A stretch of 63,916 nucleotides of DNA, counting the filler, from Platydemus manokwari (lineage: Eukaryota), in NCBI GenBank assembly GCA_037951405.1. It is 5 parts of 5 records of this genome, joined end to end, with 100 filler letters (N's around TTAATTAATTAA, not from the genome) between each part and the next. Parts side by side here need not be neighbours in the genome. Positions count along the whole stretch, not along the records: positions 26,093 to 45,818 come from JBBMOY011666957.1; 4 more parts are not named here. One strand, given 5' to 3'. The notes below the pieces were generated by a model. The model ran no database searches, was not told the origin of the DNA, and worked only from the letters and a program-made list of their open reading frames with translations. Positions 26,093 through 39,815 of the stretch are shown here, piece by piece. Numbering within the stretch: the stretch's first letter is position 1; the number at the start of each line of letters is the position of its first letter. Both the position numbers and the translations under genes were made by a program.

Positions 26093-26559
26093 TGTGTTTA
26101 TCAATTAGTTAATATATGACCTTACAATTAATAAATGATAACAATTAAATTTATTCATTGAAATACAAACTCATTTTTGTAAAAGCCGGAATCATACTAA
26201 TACACCTAATACATTCCAGGAATCCTGGTAAATTCCGAAATAATTAAAAGTCAGTCAACTTGATTATAACAATTTCGAAAATCCCATCGATGCTGTATTT
26301 TAAGGTAAAAACTGAAAATACATTTGATGCGCGCACTTTGTGAAGTACAAGCATGTGGTATCTGCCTGCTGGTATCAAAATCAAATATCCAACATCGGTG
26401 GAAGTGTCTGAAAAATTCCAAAATTAAAAAAAACATCTGGCAATTATATTTCCCCCAATAAAAGTTGGATTTTGATTTTCACTTTGATTTCATGATTTTT
26501 CTGTCATGAAAATCTTTGAAATATATCCCAGACTAAAATGGAATAAATTAAATATATGA

Positions 26560-28640
26560 TTATAGATGAAAGTTGACATGTACCGATTCCATCATGTCCA
26601 CAACGATTCTGTGAGGCACACAGCTGACGTTCTATTATTTTCAAATAAATTTTTTAATCCACTGATTTCATCATCAGTTTTTTCAATGAAATTATTTATT
26701 AAACATTTTAAAATAAACAAAGAAAACAGCAAAAACAATGCCAAGAAGATTGATTTCCAGTGAAATTAGAACATTGCCTCATTTCTTGACAGACAGGAAT
26801 TGCTTCAGAACTTATTGACATGTATTGTGTGATTGATGAAACATATCATATTTTTTCGAAAACAAGACTGTTTTTTATCAGAAATATCATTTCCTTTTTG
26901 TTGAACTCAACGTAAAAAATTCATCGAAATATGATTTCAATCACCAGACAGGAATTTGATTTATTGATTTATTATTCTCTCGTTACAATATCATTCATTT
27001 TCATCAAACTTGTTTACTGGGACGAATTGGTTATTTGATCGTGAGAGCCAGATCTAGCAAAATGATGGCTGAGAAAATGTTATTCGGACAGTAGAGCTGA
27101 AGAAAAATAATTAATTTATGCATTGTGTTCATTAGTTAAGTTATTCTCGATGACAAATAGTTGAATTCTAATAATAAAAAACAAGTTGTTTATAAAGTCG
27201 ATGAAGTACTTTTTATCAATTAAAATTACTTCAAAATCGATCTGGTTGACATGGAGCTTTCTATGCATGTTGTGAGACGCTGCTATTTTTATGAAGCACG
27301 CATTGGAAATGGGTGTGAAGTAACGACATAAAATTATATATTCAACTACAATTATTTAAATCCTTTGATATTATTTTATAAAATATTTTAAATTTAAATT
27401 TTAAAACCCTTAGAATCATTTAAACAACATGAAACACAAATATACTTAATCACAATTGTTTTGCCTAACTACCAATGAGAAATAGAATCATTTCTTCAAT
27501 CAATATAATTGCCATGGAAGCTTGAATTAGTAACAAATCCAAGACTGTACATGCACGATAATTGATTCGAACCCTCAAATATTTCATTCAAATTCAAAAT
27601 CACTTGGCCATTGGAACCAGTTTGAATTTCGTTTTTGTTTCATATTATCATATTCATCACTTTTGATATTTTCGAAATTAGATTGAAAATCTTCATCATT
27701 TTGATCGTTTTATTATCGTATCAAGGATAATTCTACATAACTCAGTTTCATTATTAATAGCGGATACCATATTTATTGATCAAAATTGTAAAATGATTTT
27801 TCAAAATTTTAGATTTTCTTATTTTTAAGATTGATATTTTCTATAAATGCAACTCTTGTCAATGTTTCCTGCAACCGTAGATGTATTTAAATATTGATAT
27901 GAATTAAATCGACCTGAAAGTTCCTGATTTATAATCACGTGACAAATATATCAATGTATCATACATCATACTATGAAATATAAACTGCTATGGTAAACCA
28001 AATTCACTTGTTTGGCAATTTATGGCAGCTAATATATAAATAAAGTTTCTTTTTATCGAGATTAGAAGACTTATGGAGATAATCCCAAGTTGCGATATCA
28101 ATAGTTATAACATAATGATTAACTTAAAGTAGAATCAAATAAATATAAAACATCAAATCAGTTTAAATATTCCGGGAGAAATGGACATCCTATAAGGATT
28201 GATAATATACTTCGTGATTTATTCTTAAATCATCTAAACTAATTACTTTAAATGTAATGAATATGATGATATGAAATCAAAATGCGGTCAAAAATGTGTT
28301 CACAATTCATAGTAAGTTAACCTTTTAACTAGGTATTGAAAATTTTGAAAAGCATTGAGATGGACCCCATTCGTCATCGACTAGTACATGACGTCAATCT
28401 TTGACACAAAAACGTCTAGACTTCTTGGATTACACATCACCAAACTCTTCAAAGGTAAGCGTAACCAGGAGATGCAAATTGTGTCATTCAAACCGTGTTA
28501 TCAGAGTATCAAGATTCCGATGTCCTTGTAATGCTATTTTAGGGCCTAGCCCTTTGCTTCAAGATAAATCATACTGCAAAAAAATTCTTCGAACATTGAA
28601 GATACTTGATTTATATGTTAAATATCATAAAATCTTTAGT
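26560..28640 (+). mobile_element. Decayed piggyBac transposase
   Basis: Ordered traces: CVIDET..F..RLFF (~26827, IDE motif), VYTG-like (~27012), YNIM (~28106), VHNS (~28298), and C-terminal Cys-rich domain TRRCKLCH...SRFRC.C...LCFKINHT (28464-28575). Confidence 0.7.
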
Positions 28641-31022
28641 GGAAATAAAAAATCAATAAGTTAAAAACAATCTTCTTTAAGGTTGGGTCTTCAACAATTA
28701 TTTAAACTCTGGCCCAAAAATAGAAGGCAGATAATATATTTTCTTGTGTACTATTCCGTCAACTACATAAAAACTATACTGCACAAAATACCAACCAAAA
28801 ATTGACTTTCGACTGGCAATTGATCATCTTTACATTGATTTTTATATTCGCGATCTGTGTAATTTTTAGTTCCTTCTTGTATCATATTTTGATTTGATAT
28901 TTGCTTTTCTATGTCATTATTGGATTTTTAAGTTTTTACTTGAGTGGGATTGATCAATCCATATATGTGTGTTGTCTAATTTCTATTTACTATCTTATTT
29001 CAATATGATTGGCTGATTTATCTTACTCAACATTAATAATTTGAGGAAAATGTGATAACATTACTTATCATTGCGAAAAAGTCCAGTGTATAAAATAAGT
29101 TTCACAAAATTTTATTAGCAGTTTATAATTTCAAGTGCAGTTAATTCTGGTTGGATAATCTAGTAACGAGCATCACACTCACAATTTCACTATTAAAATT
29201 ATTATTAGATTTATTATTATTATTTAATAAAATAGTTTAATGAATAATATCTATTTTTTTCTTCTAGATTTTCCATATATATACCGGAAAAATCGACAAT
29301 TTAAATCACCCAAATGTACTTGAAAAACAAATATTTAATCCGATAGCGAACTTTGCTGCTAATTAAATATTTTCTGAATGTCGATATCAAACCATTTTGT
29401 TATAAATTATTGAACATCGCCTCTCCGGCAATTTATTCGATTTGTTACAAAAATCATGAATAAATTTATCTAGTTAGATAGATGTTTAATATTTTTGAAA
29501 AGAATTTTATTTATTTTCATTTAATGAATAAATGTCTGCTATTAGAACTACATCTTCATGTGATATAACACTCCCGATGTAAATGCACTGGGAGAAAGTG
29601 CGTTTGTAACGTTAATCTACTTTTCTGTCTCCACATATTTAACATTTCATACTGTTTAATAATAAATATATATTTGTAGTATATTAAAAATAAAAATTTG
29701 ATAATAAATGTGAAAATATGAATTAAAAAGTTGAAAAAATTAAAATGGAAAATGTTGCTTGCAGAATAAAATGTAGTTTGTAATGGAAATACTTCTTCTG
29801 GCTTTCTATAAAAATTCGAAGAAACATGATTTAAATATAATATAAGAAGCTTAAATTTGATTTGGCTCGAGATCTATCAACTATTCAAAGTAGATTTCTT
29901 GGATTGATAATTTTTTATTATAATATATAATTATCGTAGTTAAAAATGATTGGATTTCAACATTATATATAAACTAATATAGTAATTTCAATCTATTTTA
30001 AGTAAATAAATTATCCCAATATTTCCAGTAATAACACTGTAGGAATTTTTCTGAACTAAAGACACTATCATAATTTTAATAATTTTTTAATATTATTATT
30101 TCAATATTATTATTATCAACAGCTGAGATTTGCCTCTGGATGTCTGGAAATTCAGTGATATTTAAAGATAAAAGTTAAAATGGGAATCAGGATCATTTGG
30201 TGGTCAAAATAATCTGAGTTGGTGTCGAATCATTTTCTCATTCTATGATATTGTTACTATTTTGAATTTACACATGTTGTTTGAGAATTTTTACGGTTGG
30301 ATAAATAATTATTTAAATAATCATTTGTAATAATGTAAATGATAAAAAATAACTTTAAGTTAATTTGTTTAGATCTTGTCATTAAAACATACTTTATCGT
30401 GTTACTTTCAATTCGTTTCTAATGTGTGTTTTTTAAAATAGCAACTACTAATATGCTATAATATTTTGATTCCAGTTATAACTATTTCATCGATAGCAAG
30501 TGGATGCTTCAAAGTCAAAAATACCTACATTAAAGCTTCTGACTTAGCTTTTACATTTTATTGTCATAAAACCTATATTATATTCAAAACTTCGACTTTA
30601 AATAATCGAATATTTATTCCATTTTATTTATCTCTAAAATTATTTTTTAACCAATATAACGCAAACATACACCAGGCTTTGAAAAAAATGGCTTTGGTTA
30701 ACTCAGAAACTTATTTGAAAATATTTTAATTTTTACATTATTAATATGATGGTTTTCCGAAGAACTTATTTCATGGAATTTTCTATCTATAATAATAGAA
30801 CCCATATAATATCTCAAAATTCATCGACTATATTTATTTTTAGTTCTATAAATGTGGATATTATTCAAGTATTCCATTATGTATTCGTATTCTCTTTATA
30901 TCACAATGCATATCAATGATATTAGCATAACTTTTTTCTATCAATACAGCAATTAAGATGTTAACCTTTTTATTATTTTTAATTTCTTATCTGTGAAAAA
31001 ATACCAATGTTTTATACTGTTC

Positions 31023-31793
31023 TCAAAGATGCGCCGTGACTTCACCAACTTTTCGAGAGGGATGTTTAAAAGTGCAGGCCTTTGTATGAAATTTTAAAGC
31101 ATCAGGATTGAAAGTACGTTGACAAAGTGGACAAGGCACGAGATTTTGATTATATGCTGCAGCATTCAGATCATTCATTGCTGCTTGCTGGGTATATTCT
31201 TTGTGTCCTTCTAACTTTTTCTCTTTCACCATTTGTTCTAAGAGTTCTTTGTTGGTTTGTGGTTTCACTGGTTCGGGTCGACGTTCTTTTTTAGGTAACT
31301 CATTGTTCTGTTTCCGAAACTTTTCCAGGCATAATTTTTCATGGATATCAATCGACGTCGTACCAAAGTTTCTGCCACAAATATAACAAACAACACCGGG
31401 TAATCGTCCTACATGCGTCGGCCCGGCATCATGTTTACGTTGTGCTTCTTGTTCTTTTAGTTCTCGTTCTGCCTTCTTATCGCATGCTACTTTATGCTTA
31501 TCAATTGAATGAATGGTAAATGTTTTTCCACACGTTTTGCACACGACAAAGTTAGATTTTGGAATGCTATTAAAGCTAGTATTGTTATCAGACGAAGCAT
31601 CATCAGTTAAACTAATATCGGCAAACGAAGGTAGATTGATATCATCTGGAGTTTCGTCTTTAAAATGAATCATTTTTGATTTAGGTGTTGTAGGACGTGT
31701 CAACGGATTCTTGCCTCGACATATTTTCTCGTGAACACTTAAACTCTGTGTGTTAAATGATCTGTTACACTTACTGCATTGAGCTAAAGACAT
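31023..31793 (-). CDS. ZNF474: ZNF474-like C2HC zinc-finger protein, 256 aa, intronless
   Basis: Four C-x2-C-x11-H-x3-C fingers; ZNF474-type block VVCYICGRNFGTTSIDIHEKLCLEKF..N..LPK..RRPEP.KP and terminal NLVPCPLCQRTFNPDALKFHTKAC; ATG in AAAA context, TGA stop. Confidence 0.85.
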   Translation of the reverse strand: MSLAQCSKCNRSFNTQSLSVHEKICRGKNPLTRPTTPKSKMIHFKDETPDDINLPSFADISLTDDASSDNNTSFNSIPKSNFVVCKTCGKTFTIHSIDKHKVACDKKAERELKEQEAQRKHDAGPTHVGRLPGVVCYICGRNFGTTSIDIHEKLCLEKFRKQNNELPKKERRPEPVKPQTNKELLEQMVKEKKLEGHKEYTQQAAMNDLNAAAYNQNLVPCPLCQRTFNPDALKFHTKACTFKHPSRKVGEVTAHL

Positions 31794-34202
31794 TTTTAAG
31801 CATTGTTAATCGATAATATAATAATAATAACAATCCAATAATTCATAATTTGAAAAAATCAGTAGGTTATTAAATAATATAGTTTCAGAAACTATAAAGA
31901 TTACTTGTAAAAAATAACATGCTGCAAAAATACTCAAATAATAAAAATAAACTATTGCTGATTAAAATGCTCTGTTTTACTGATTTTTGCGAGTTGGATT
32001 TTGTTTAATATATAAAATTACAAAAGATTATGAAGGCATTTAAAGATAATCCACTAAATGGTGGCATTATTCGATGAAGAAACAACGCATTATGTAAGAG
32101 GTTGAATATCCGTTGAAATTTTCTTTAATGATAATAATATATTAAATAAATAAATATAAATTAGCCAGAAATATCATAGAATCATTTTATCATTTTTTCT
32201 AATAAATTAAATGAATTTTTATTCCAAATCGTCTTCAAGGGCACTTCAAAAAACATTGGAAATAAAAGATAATTTCATGGGTTGAGAGGAAATATTGAAA
32301 TACTCGACTTTCTGGTAAAAGCGGATAAGACTCAAAGGAATTATAAATTTATTCCAATTTCAAAATACAATCATAAAAATTTGACCGATGTCTTAGGAAG
32401 AAAATTACTAACAAGCTAAAATGTAATTTTTATTAAAAAAAATTATTATTATTGTGACATATATATATATATATATATAGTGTGTGTGTATATTTATTTA
32501 AATCCGAACATATTTACAGATACTTTTGAATAAATAAATCTTAATATTATTTCAATATAACAATTATTTTAACCTCTATATATTATAATGATTTGATAAT
32601 TCCAATATTTCGAATTATTATTGGCTCTATGTTTCTCAATTGGTATATTCTATTTAGTTCGTGCTTTTTCAAACTTATTTTAAAGAGCCATTTAAACTTT
32701 AATTCAACATTTGTGACGACATTAATTTATTCAATAACAATCCTCTTTAAAAGTCGACAATTTTATGTAATATTATATTCCACTTACATTCCGTTTCAGA
32801 AATCTTTCTAAAATTAATTATGATTCATTTTTCCTATGATTATGTGAAATTTATTTTTGACAATAAACTATTAATTAAAATAAAATAATAAGAAATATTT
32901 TATTTTGTAAAACTTGTCAAAATTCTTTTAATATTATGAATCAAATGATAAAGTGTTCTCTTAAGTTTGCATTGATTTAAAATAACAAAATAGGAAAGTG
33001 TATCTACGACATAAAAAAATCTAAAATATACATTAACGATGTACTATACATTATGCAAATATAATATAACCAGTACAAGTATATTATGTTCCATTCGGCC
33101 CACAATTGATTTTACCGTGATGATTCTGACTTGATTTCCTTTGACTATTCGACATTATTCACTATTATTTCAAGAAACCTTCGTTTACTTTTAGAATGTT
33201 ATAGAAACTATATAATTATTTATAATTTCTTAAAACTTATATTAATCAACAATGAAGATTATCGAATTTATGGTCGATCATGAGCCATATTCAAATTATA
33301 GTATTGAATATTATGGAAAAAACAAATTTATTAAAAGCCTTTGTGTTTTGTTTTTTAAACGCAGTTAATTAAATCATACAGCACTCGCATGTTATGTCAA
33401 TCACAGCAGTTTTATCGCCTCACTTGCAGAACCCAACAATATGAACATTTCGATTTTATCAGAAACTGAAAAATATGAATGACTAAAAATGACCACATAA
33501 ATTTGATGACAGTTTAACAAGACTTTAACAAATGAAGAACGTAAATAGATATCGAAATCGATGGCATCCCTGCCATTACTGGCTGAGGATTTATCGAAAA
33601 TAATTGATTAAATTGATACAAAACATACAATAAACCCAGTATATTTTCGATGTCCTTGTTTTCGATAAAACTTCTGACCTTTAGATATAAGAATAAATAT
33701 AAAATTCAATATTAAATCATCTCTTCGAATATCGAATGATCTAACTCGAAATCCTATCAACAAGATTTTCAATAATTCATTCAGCTTTTCGGACAATAAA
33801 ATAGGAAAACAATATTTGTTGTTTAGTGATCAATAATTTTGTTTGAAGGTAAACACGTGCTATCATAATATAGAATAATTACCCAACAAATATTATGGTA
33901 AGAGATGCGAGAATTTGATAACTGAAGCCTTGCAGCCTCTAATAAGTACTCAAACAGTCTCATAGTTCTTTCTACTTACCGGTATCGGACAACATCTCGA
34001 ATTCACTGTCACTTCTGATATCTGATATTGAACTTGAGAATAAAAAAATATAATATGAATAGATAACACAAGTATTTATTTATTGGTAAAATAAATTTTA
34101 ATGAATACAATATGTAAAGAATAAAATGATGAAAAAATTATAAAATTTTTTCTAATAATCAAAAATATAAATTAATTAATGATAAGAATCGCAAATAAGT
34201 TC

Positions 34203-36183
34203 CTACAGAATTTTTGTCTTACTGATCAATGAATTGAGAAGATTCACCTCTTCTCCTTCACTGTCACTGAAAGGTCTGTCGTAATTTACTGAATACACGT
34301 TTCTACTGTTCGATCTTGAGCAGTTATTTACATTTCGGTGATTGAAATCTATTGTATTTTCCTGTGAATATTGAATTGAGTTATCAGTTGTATCATAATC
34401 AACATTTAATTCATAAGAATTTTGTAACATAGAATCATTGGTATTCAACAAGTTGACACTATCGACGGATGATGATGATGATGATGACAAAAAGTTCAAG
34501 CATTGACATTTTGATTTTTCAGTCAATTCTGTCTTCGTTTTCGTTTTACCGCTTCCAATACTTACAATGGATTGCGCAATATGATTGGTTTTAGTGTATC
34601 TATTGTTCATCGCTCTATTATTTAATCGTAATAAAAGATTTGAAGTGTTGGAACCATCTTCTCCCTTATTGTCATCGGCTTCGTTGATGACTACTGTTGG
34701 ATTTCCAATTTCTCCTCCTTCTGCTTCTGCTTGATCCTTTTTTTGTTTACTATCATATGCTCCTTGTAATAGTTGTGTATCGACTGAAACTTCTTCGTAG
34801 TCTTTCGCTAGTGTTGCTAGGTTATATAATGCTTCACAAAATTCACTTTCTTCTAAACCTTCACCAACAAACCAGTGTACAAAGCTTCTTTTGGCATAAA
34901 GTCGATGAAATCTTTGAGCCAACCGTTGCCAAACTGCACTAACAGATGAAGAATTAGTCATCATAACAACACTACAGTTTGTTTGACCCATTTGACTTTG
35001 TGGTAATATTAAAGGTGGTTGATCGATGATTCCCACTTTGAATCCTGTCGGACACCAATCGACAAAAGTGTGCATTCTAGAAGACTTTATTTCGGAGAGA
35101 GTAGAATATATCTCACTTGTATTAACTAAGCCTCGATAGACTAAAGAACAAGCCATGTACTTTCCATTAAATGGGTTACATTTAATCAATTGATGGTTCA
35201 ATTCGAACACCGATCTAGTAATATCAGTTATTGTATTTATATCTCGTTCAATTTTGGAGGCACATCCTAATGGGGCAAAGCTAACTAGTGGGAAATGTAT
35301 TCTTGGATATGGGACTAGATTTGTCAAAACGGCATTGATATCATTAAACATATCACTATTAAATCTAGATGATGCTGTAATACAGCTATTAACTTGTCCA
35401 AGTATTCGATTTATACTGGTCATTGTTGGATGGGTAATGCTCAAAATATCACACGAAATATCAAATAAAGCTTCATTGTCCAATAATAATCCCACATCGC
35501 ATTCTTCCATACAAAAATGTTCACCTAAAATACTGTTATAAGGTCCTACAACACAGCTGTCGAAGTGAGGAGATGGATGGATGGCTAATTCGAATCTAAT
35601 GACTTTAGAGTATTCCTCCATCAACTCAAAAATCATTGACGTCATTCCGGAGCCCGATCCACCGGCTAATGATCTGTGAAACAAAATTGATTGTAGAGAA
35701 TCGCAAATTTCAATTTGTTTTCTAAGCTTAGTTTCAATAGTATAATAAAGTAATCTTCCCATGGAATTGAATGCTCTGGAAAAATTTCCTGAACTATCAT
35801 CATTGCCATTGATAAGCTGAATTGGATTATACAGTTCTCGATATGCTCCCCTTCTCAATTGGTCTAACAATGGAATACATTAGTAAAAGTAATTTCAAAA
35901 ATAATAATCACCGATAACTGATGGCTCAAGATCAATGAAAAGTCCTCTGGGAACATAGTTGCCACAATGCGATTCTGAGAAAAACGATGAAAAACATCTA
36001 TCACCTTGATCTCTATCTTCAGTCAATTTTCCATCTCGGCTTATTCCATGCTCAGCGCACAATAATTCCCAGTTGGAAAATCCAATTTGATTACCTGCTT
36101 GACCCACGTGAATAGACAAAATCTCTCTCTGAATACGCCAATGTTCAAAAGAATAACTTTCATTAAATCATAATTATTACCAT
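34203..36183 (-). CDS. Divergent alpha-tubulin, ~626 aa; exons 36183-36181, 36128-35912, 35863-34203
   Basis: ATG|gtaata 52-bp intron; REILSIHVGQAGNQIG..WELLCAEHGI...FIDLEPSVI; 48-bp intron (G|gtgatt...ttag|AC); alpha-type [49 protein letters not shown]; then a ~190-aa tail. Confidence 0.93.
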
Positions 36184-36930
36184 TTTTAAACTTTCAAATC
36201 AATAATTAATTTGATTATTGGTTTTTATCTTCATTCAAAAATTATTATTTTCATTATAATTACAACCATACCCCATAAAAACTAATGATACATTCAAGAT
36301 GTTTGAACCATTTGTTCGTTCAGCATCTTGGATAATCTGATAGTTATTTTAGGATATGTTAATTAAATAATTAATAATCTTGGGACCAAATATAAGATAC
36401 TTATCAATCTAGTTAAATTAACTGCTGATCAGTTATCTCTTTTAATTATCTCTGCTTTTTTAATTATCTTTTTCAAAAATTTGAAAATTTCAACTTATGA
36501 AGGAATTTTAAAAATTATTTTCTTATATTTTATTTATATGAAATCGCGCGCAACTTTTAAGTAGTTCTCTAGTCGGTAGCTGACGCTAAGAATTTTGACT
36601 CTCCTATTTAGAATAATTCATTAGAAAAAAATTAATGTCATCAAATACAGAAATTGTTCTTGACATAAAACTCAAGTTACTGTACTTTAATGCTCCAAAA
36701 ATGTATAAAAATAAAAGATAAATATCATAATTTGCGATACATTTTATTTCTACTATAAATGTAATAAATGCTTGATTGAAAACTTTTAAATTTTACTTAT
36801 TTAGTGCCAATACAAGTTTATTATTCATAATCACCAGAAATATTTTTTTTATTGATAGAACTCTTATGCCAGTAGTAGTGAGAGTCCTCAAGTGATTTTA
36901 TCAGTGTATATGCTTCAATGGCCCCGTAAC

Positions 36931-37051
36931 CACTGCTGCAATATTGTTTTTGATTTTAGGATTTTAGATTTTAATTTAGGTTATAGATAAATGAGATTCA
37001 GATTAGAATTATTATTATGGAATAAATGCGAAATGGGATTTTAACAATAAT
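36931..37051 (+). repeat. Dispersed repeat, inverted relative to 43081-43199
   Basis: CACTGCTGCAATATTGTTTTTGATTTTAGGATTTTAGATTTTAATTTAGGTT...GAGATTCAGA matches the reverse complement of 43081-43199. Confidence 0.75.
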
Positions 37052-39266
37052 TAAAATTACTTGGTAGATTGGTTTTAAAATAATATTCGCACTAGGAATA
37101 TACTGGACAATGGTTCTTTGATCAAAATTATTCTCCTATATATATCTTGGAATTTGAAGGCGAATATTTCTGACTAGGAGATTTGGAAATTTTTTAGAGT
37201 AAACAAACTTTTTATTTATTATCATAGCACTGTCATAAATAATTTAGCTCTAGTAATTCGTTAATTTAATTAACATTTTATAATTAATTCATAACATGTG
37301 TAGCCTCCATTTATATTTTTATAATATTTATACAAAAATTGAGTAGCTATCTATTCAGAACATTTGATTATAATCTTATCGTTGCCTAAAAGCTCTTCAA
37401 ATCCCTAACCCGAGAGATAAACAAATTTGAAAGGAAAATAAATTTACAATCATTCCACTTGAATAAGAGGTAACTGATAATTACTTAGAATGAATTGACC
37501 TTGAATTAGTATCCACTAGTGTGTTTATTTTAGAATATAGGACAAAATTAATAGAATACCAACGGAGATCACGATCAATTCAAAATATCGATACACATTG
37601 ACACAATAAGCACATGTACCAGTAGCCTGTCATATGCCTTCAAATTATCAATACCTGAATAGATTTTGATCGTCAATTGTTGCACAGCAATATCCGACGA
37701 AGAACATTTAGATAGCATAAAAGCAAATAGGAAATTTGTCAACAAGATGGTGTTCTAACAAATAAAATGCAAAGATGCAAGACAACAGATTAAATTAAAC
37801 AATAAGTTCATAACTGGAGTTGACTCTCGCGGACAACCGCTCGACTTTATGGTCTGTAATTTCTCTCATTATGTTTTGTGATTTGACATTTGGCTTTTGG
37901 AATTTATTTTTCTGGGTGACTTAGTTTTACGATTTTTAAGCCTTGTGCGTTAACTTTGTGGTATTGAATTTATGTGATCTATTATTTTACAATCACAATT
38001 TTGGATACTCAGTTTTTGTAATTATCGTAACAGAATTATTGGGATTTTTGGAAAAGCAACCTATTCGAACTTCTCAACCGTGTAAACATTTTTATAATTA
38101 ATTTCATGAATTTCGTGTCAATTTTTATTTAGCATCAATTTTTAAATGGAACTAATATTAATTCATTTTTTGCTTTTCTTTTTTTATCATGTAACCATTT
38201 GAAGATAAGTTTGAAATTATACAATTTTAGAGATTTTATAAATAATAACTGATAGAATTTCCTAAATTAAAATATTGATCAATTAATAAATAATAATTCA
38301 GGAAAATCATTGCATGAAAAACTGATCGATATTGTACACTTTTCTATCTCTGATTAACGCGCCCAGAGTGTGGAGTCTATTAACCGTGAGTTTCATCCAG
38401 GAATTGTTAAAGTTAGTCATCATGTTCGTTGTATACAGTCATGATAGATATCAATAATTTGTATTTGTAATTTTTTAGTTCATAAAGTTTTGTATCCCAA
38501 ATTATGTTTATAAATTGAAGAAGCAAAAATAGTAAATAGTAAAGAAATCGTTGGTGTCAGCAAGTGTAAGGTACATAAAATTGAGACTGATTGTATAAAT
38601 ATAGGACCACTGTTTCCTTCAGATATTACCTTCAGATAATGTAGTCGTGTGAGGTAAGAATAATAATTATTATCGGGTATATTGCACCTGCACTTTGAAA
38701 TAAACTCACAGAGACTGATACAAAAAAGGATAAAAAGTAAAAAGTAATGGAAACAATAATAAAAACCAATAAGACTCAAAATCAACAGAATTTCTAAATA
38801 ATGGTCTCGAATTCGACTTATATAATATTTATCTCTTCTTTTCATCTCAGAATTTTCTAAACCATTATTTTATTCCATATGAAATCACAATTTCTTATCG
38901 TTATTGTGTTTATTTATTTACTATATTTTTAGCGTTTAGTATATTATCTTTAGATCATTACTGATTTATTGTTAAAATTGTTATTGGTTATGCGATATAT
39001 TGGAATGGAAAATTAAATTTAAAATATTAAACAAGATAAAGATCGGATGAGAATAAATTCAAAAGCCTACATAAAATCACTCAAAAATATTATTTAATCA
39101 AATACTTGTACGCTGTGCTTAAAAATTCAATGAAAAGAGGAAAATTATTCATTTGTTAAAAATGCATTCACTGAATTTTTCTTTAACAGAAAAATATTAT
39201 TTAAATTTCTATCATTATTTCATAATTATGAACTGCATCCAATTATATTTCCAGTTGAATCTAAAT

Positions 39267-39815
39267 CAGTGGTCTTCACATTTTTGTGTTGCGGCCCACT
39301 TTACGAGGCCAAATTTTTCATGACCCTTGACTCTATTTCGATGATGGGTGGTCTCAGTATCAATTCGATCGCTATTTTGTCTTAATATAAGTCAGTGACC
39401 GAAAATGATTTTTCACACAAATAAGAAGAGGCGAAAAGGAATTAGAGAAAGTATGACTAGTTCCTATAAAAGTGGATATTACATTAGCTCAAAAGGAACT
39501 TATGTTTTTTTGAAAAATTTACTTTCAAGCCCAAACCACTAGAGAGTTCTGTGAAAACTCTTCTTGGGCTTTAAGTGAGAAATGATACACCTTTTTAATA
39601 ATTGAAACATCCTCTTGTTGAGACTGTTTTTAGCATTAAGAAAAATTTACTATTTTGTCGTCTAATGATTTGAATAAAATAAAAGAATAATTATATTAAT
39701 AATTATTTAAAATTAGACTTCTCATATTTAATGAATATTTTCTTACGATCACTTTATTATGACCTTGAAATTTCTCGCCACCGACAATTTTTTTTCTTGA
39801 CCCACATAAGGTTGT
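39267..39815 (+). mobile_element. hAT (Charlie-like) non-autonomous remnant
   Basis: Starts CAGTGGTCTTCACATTTTT...GCGGCCCAC after ATCTAAAT (Charlie-like terminus and target); GACCCACA subterminal motif near 39800; right TIR not recognisable. Confidence 0.45.

Noticed and set aside
34697-35541. Plus-strand ORFs over tubulin (also 31201-31386 and 40752-40958)
   Set aside because: Antisense shadows of real coding sequence; no motifs.
37850-38050. Loosely periodic T/G-rich tract
   Set aside because: Too degenerate to define a repeat unit or partner TIR; no CRISPR-like repeat-spacer structure here or elsewhere in the window.
38480-38845. 121-aa hydrophobic ORF
   Set aside because: No recognisable domain; hydrophobicity follows from T-rich composition; no splice support.
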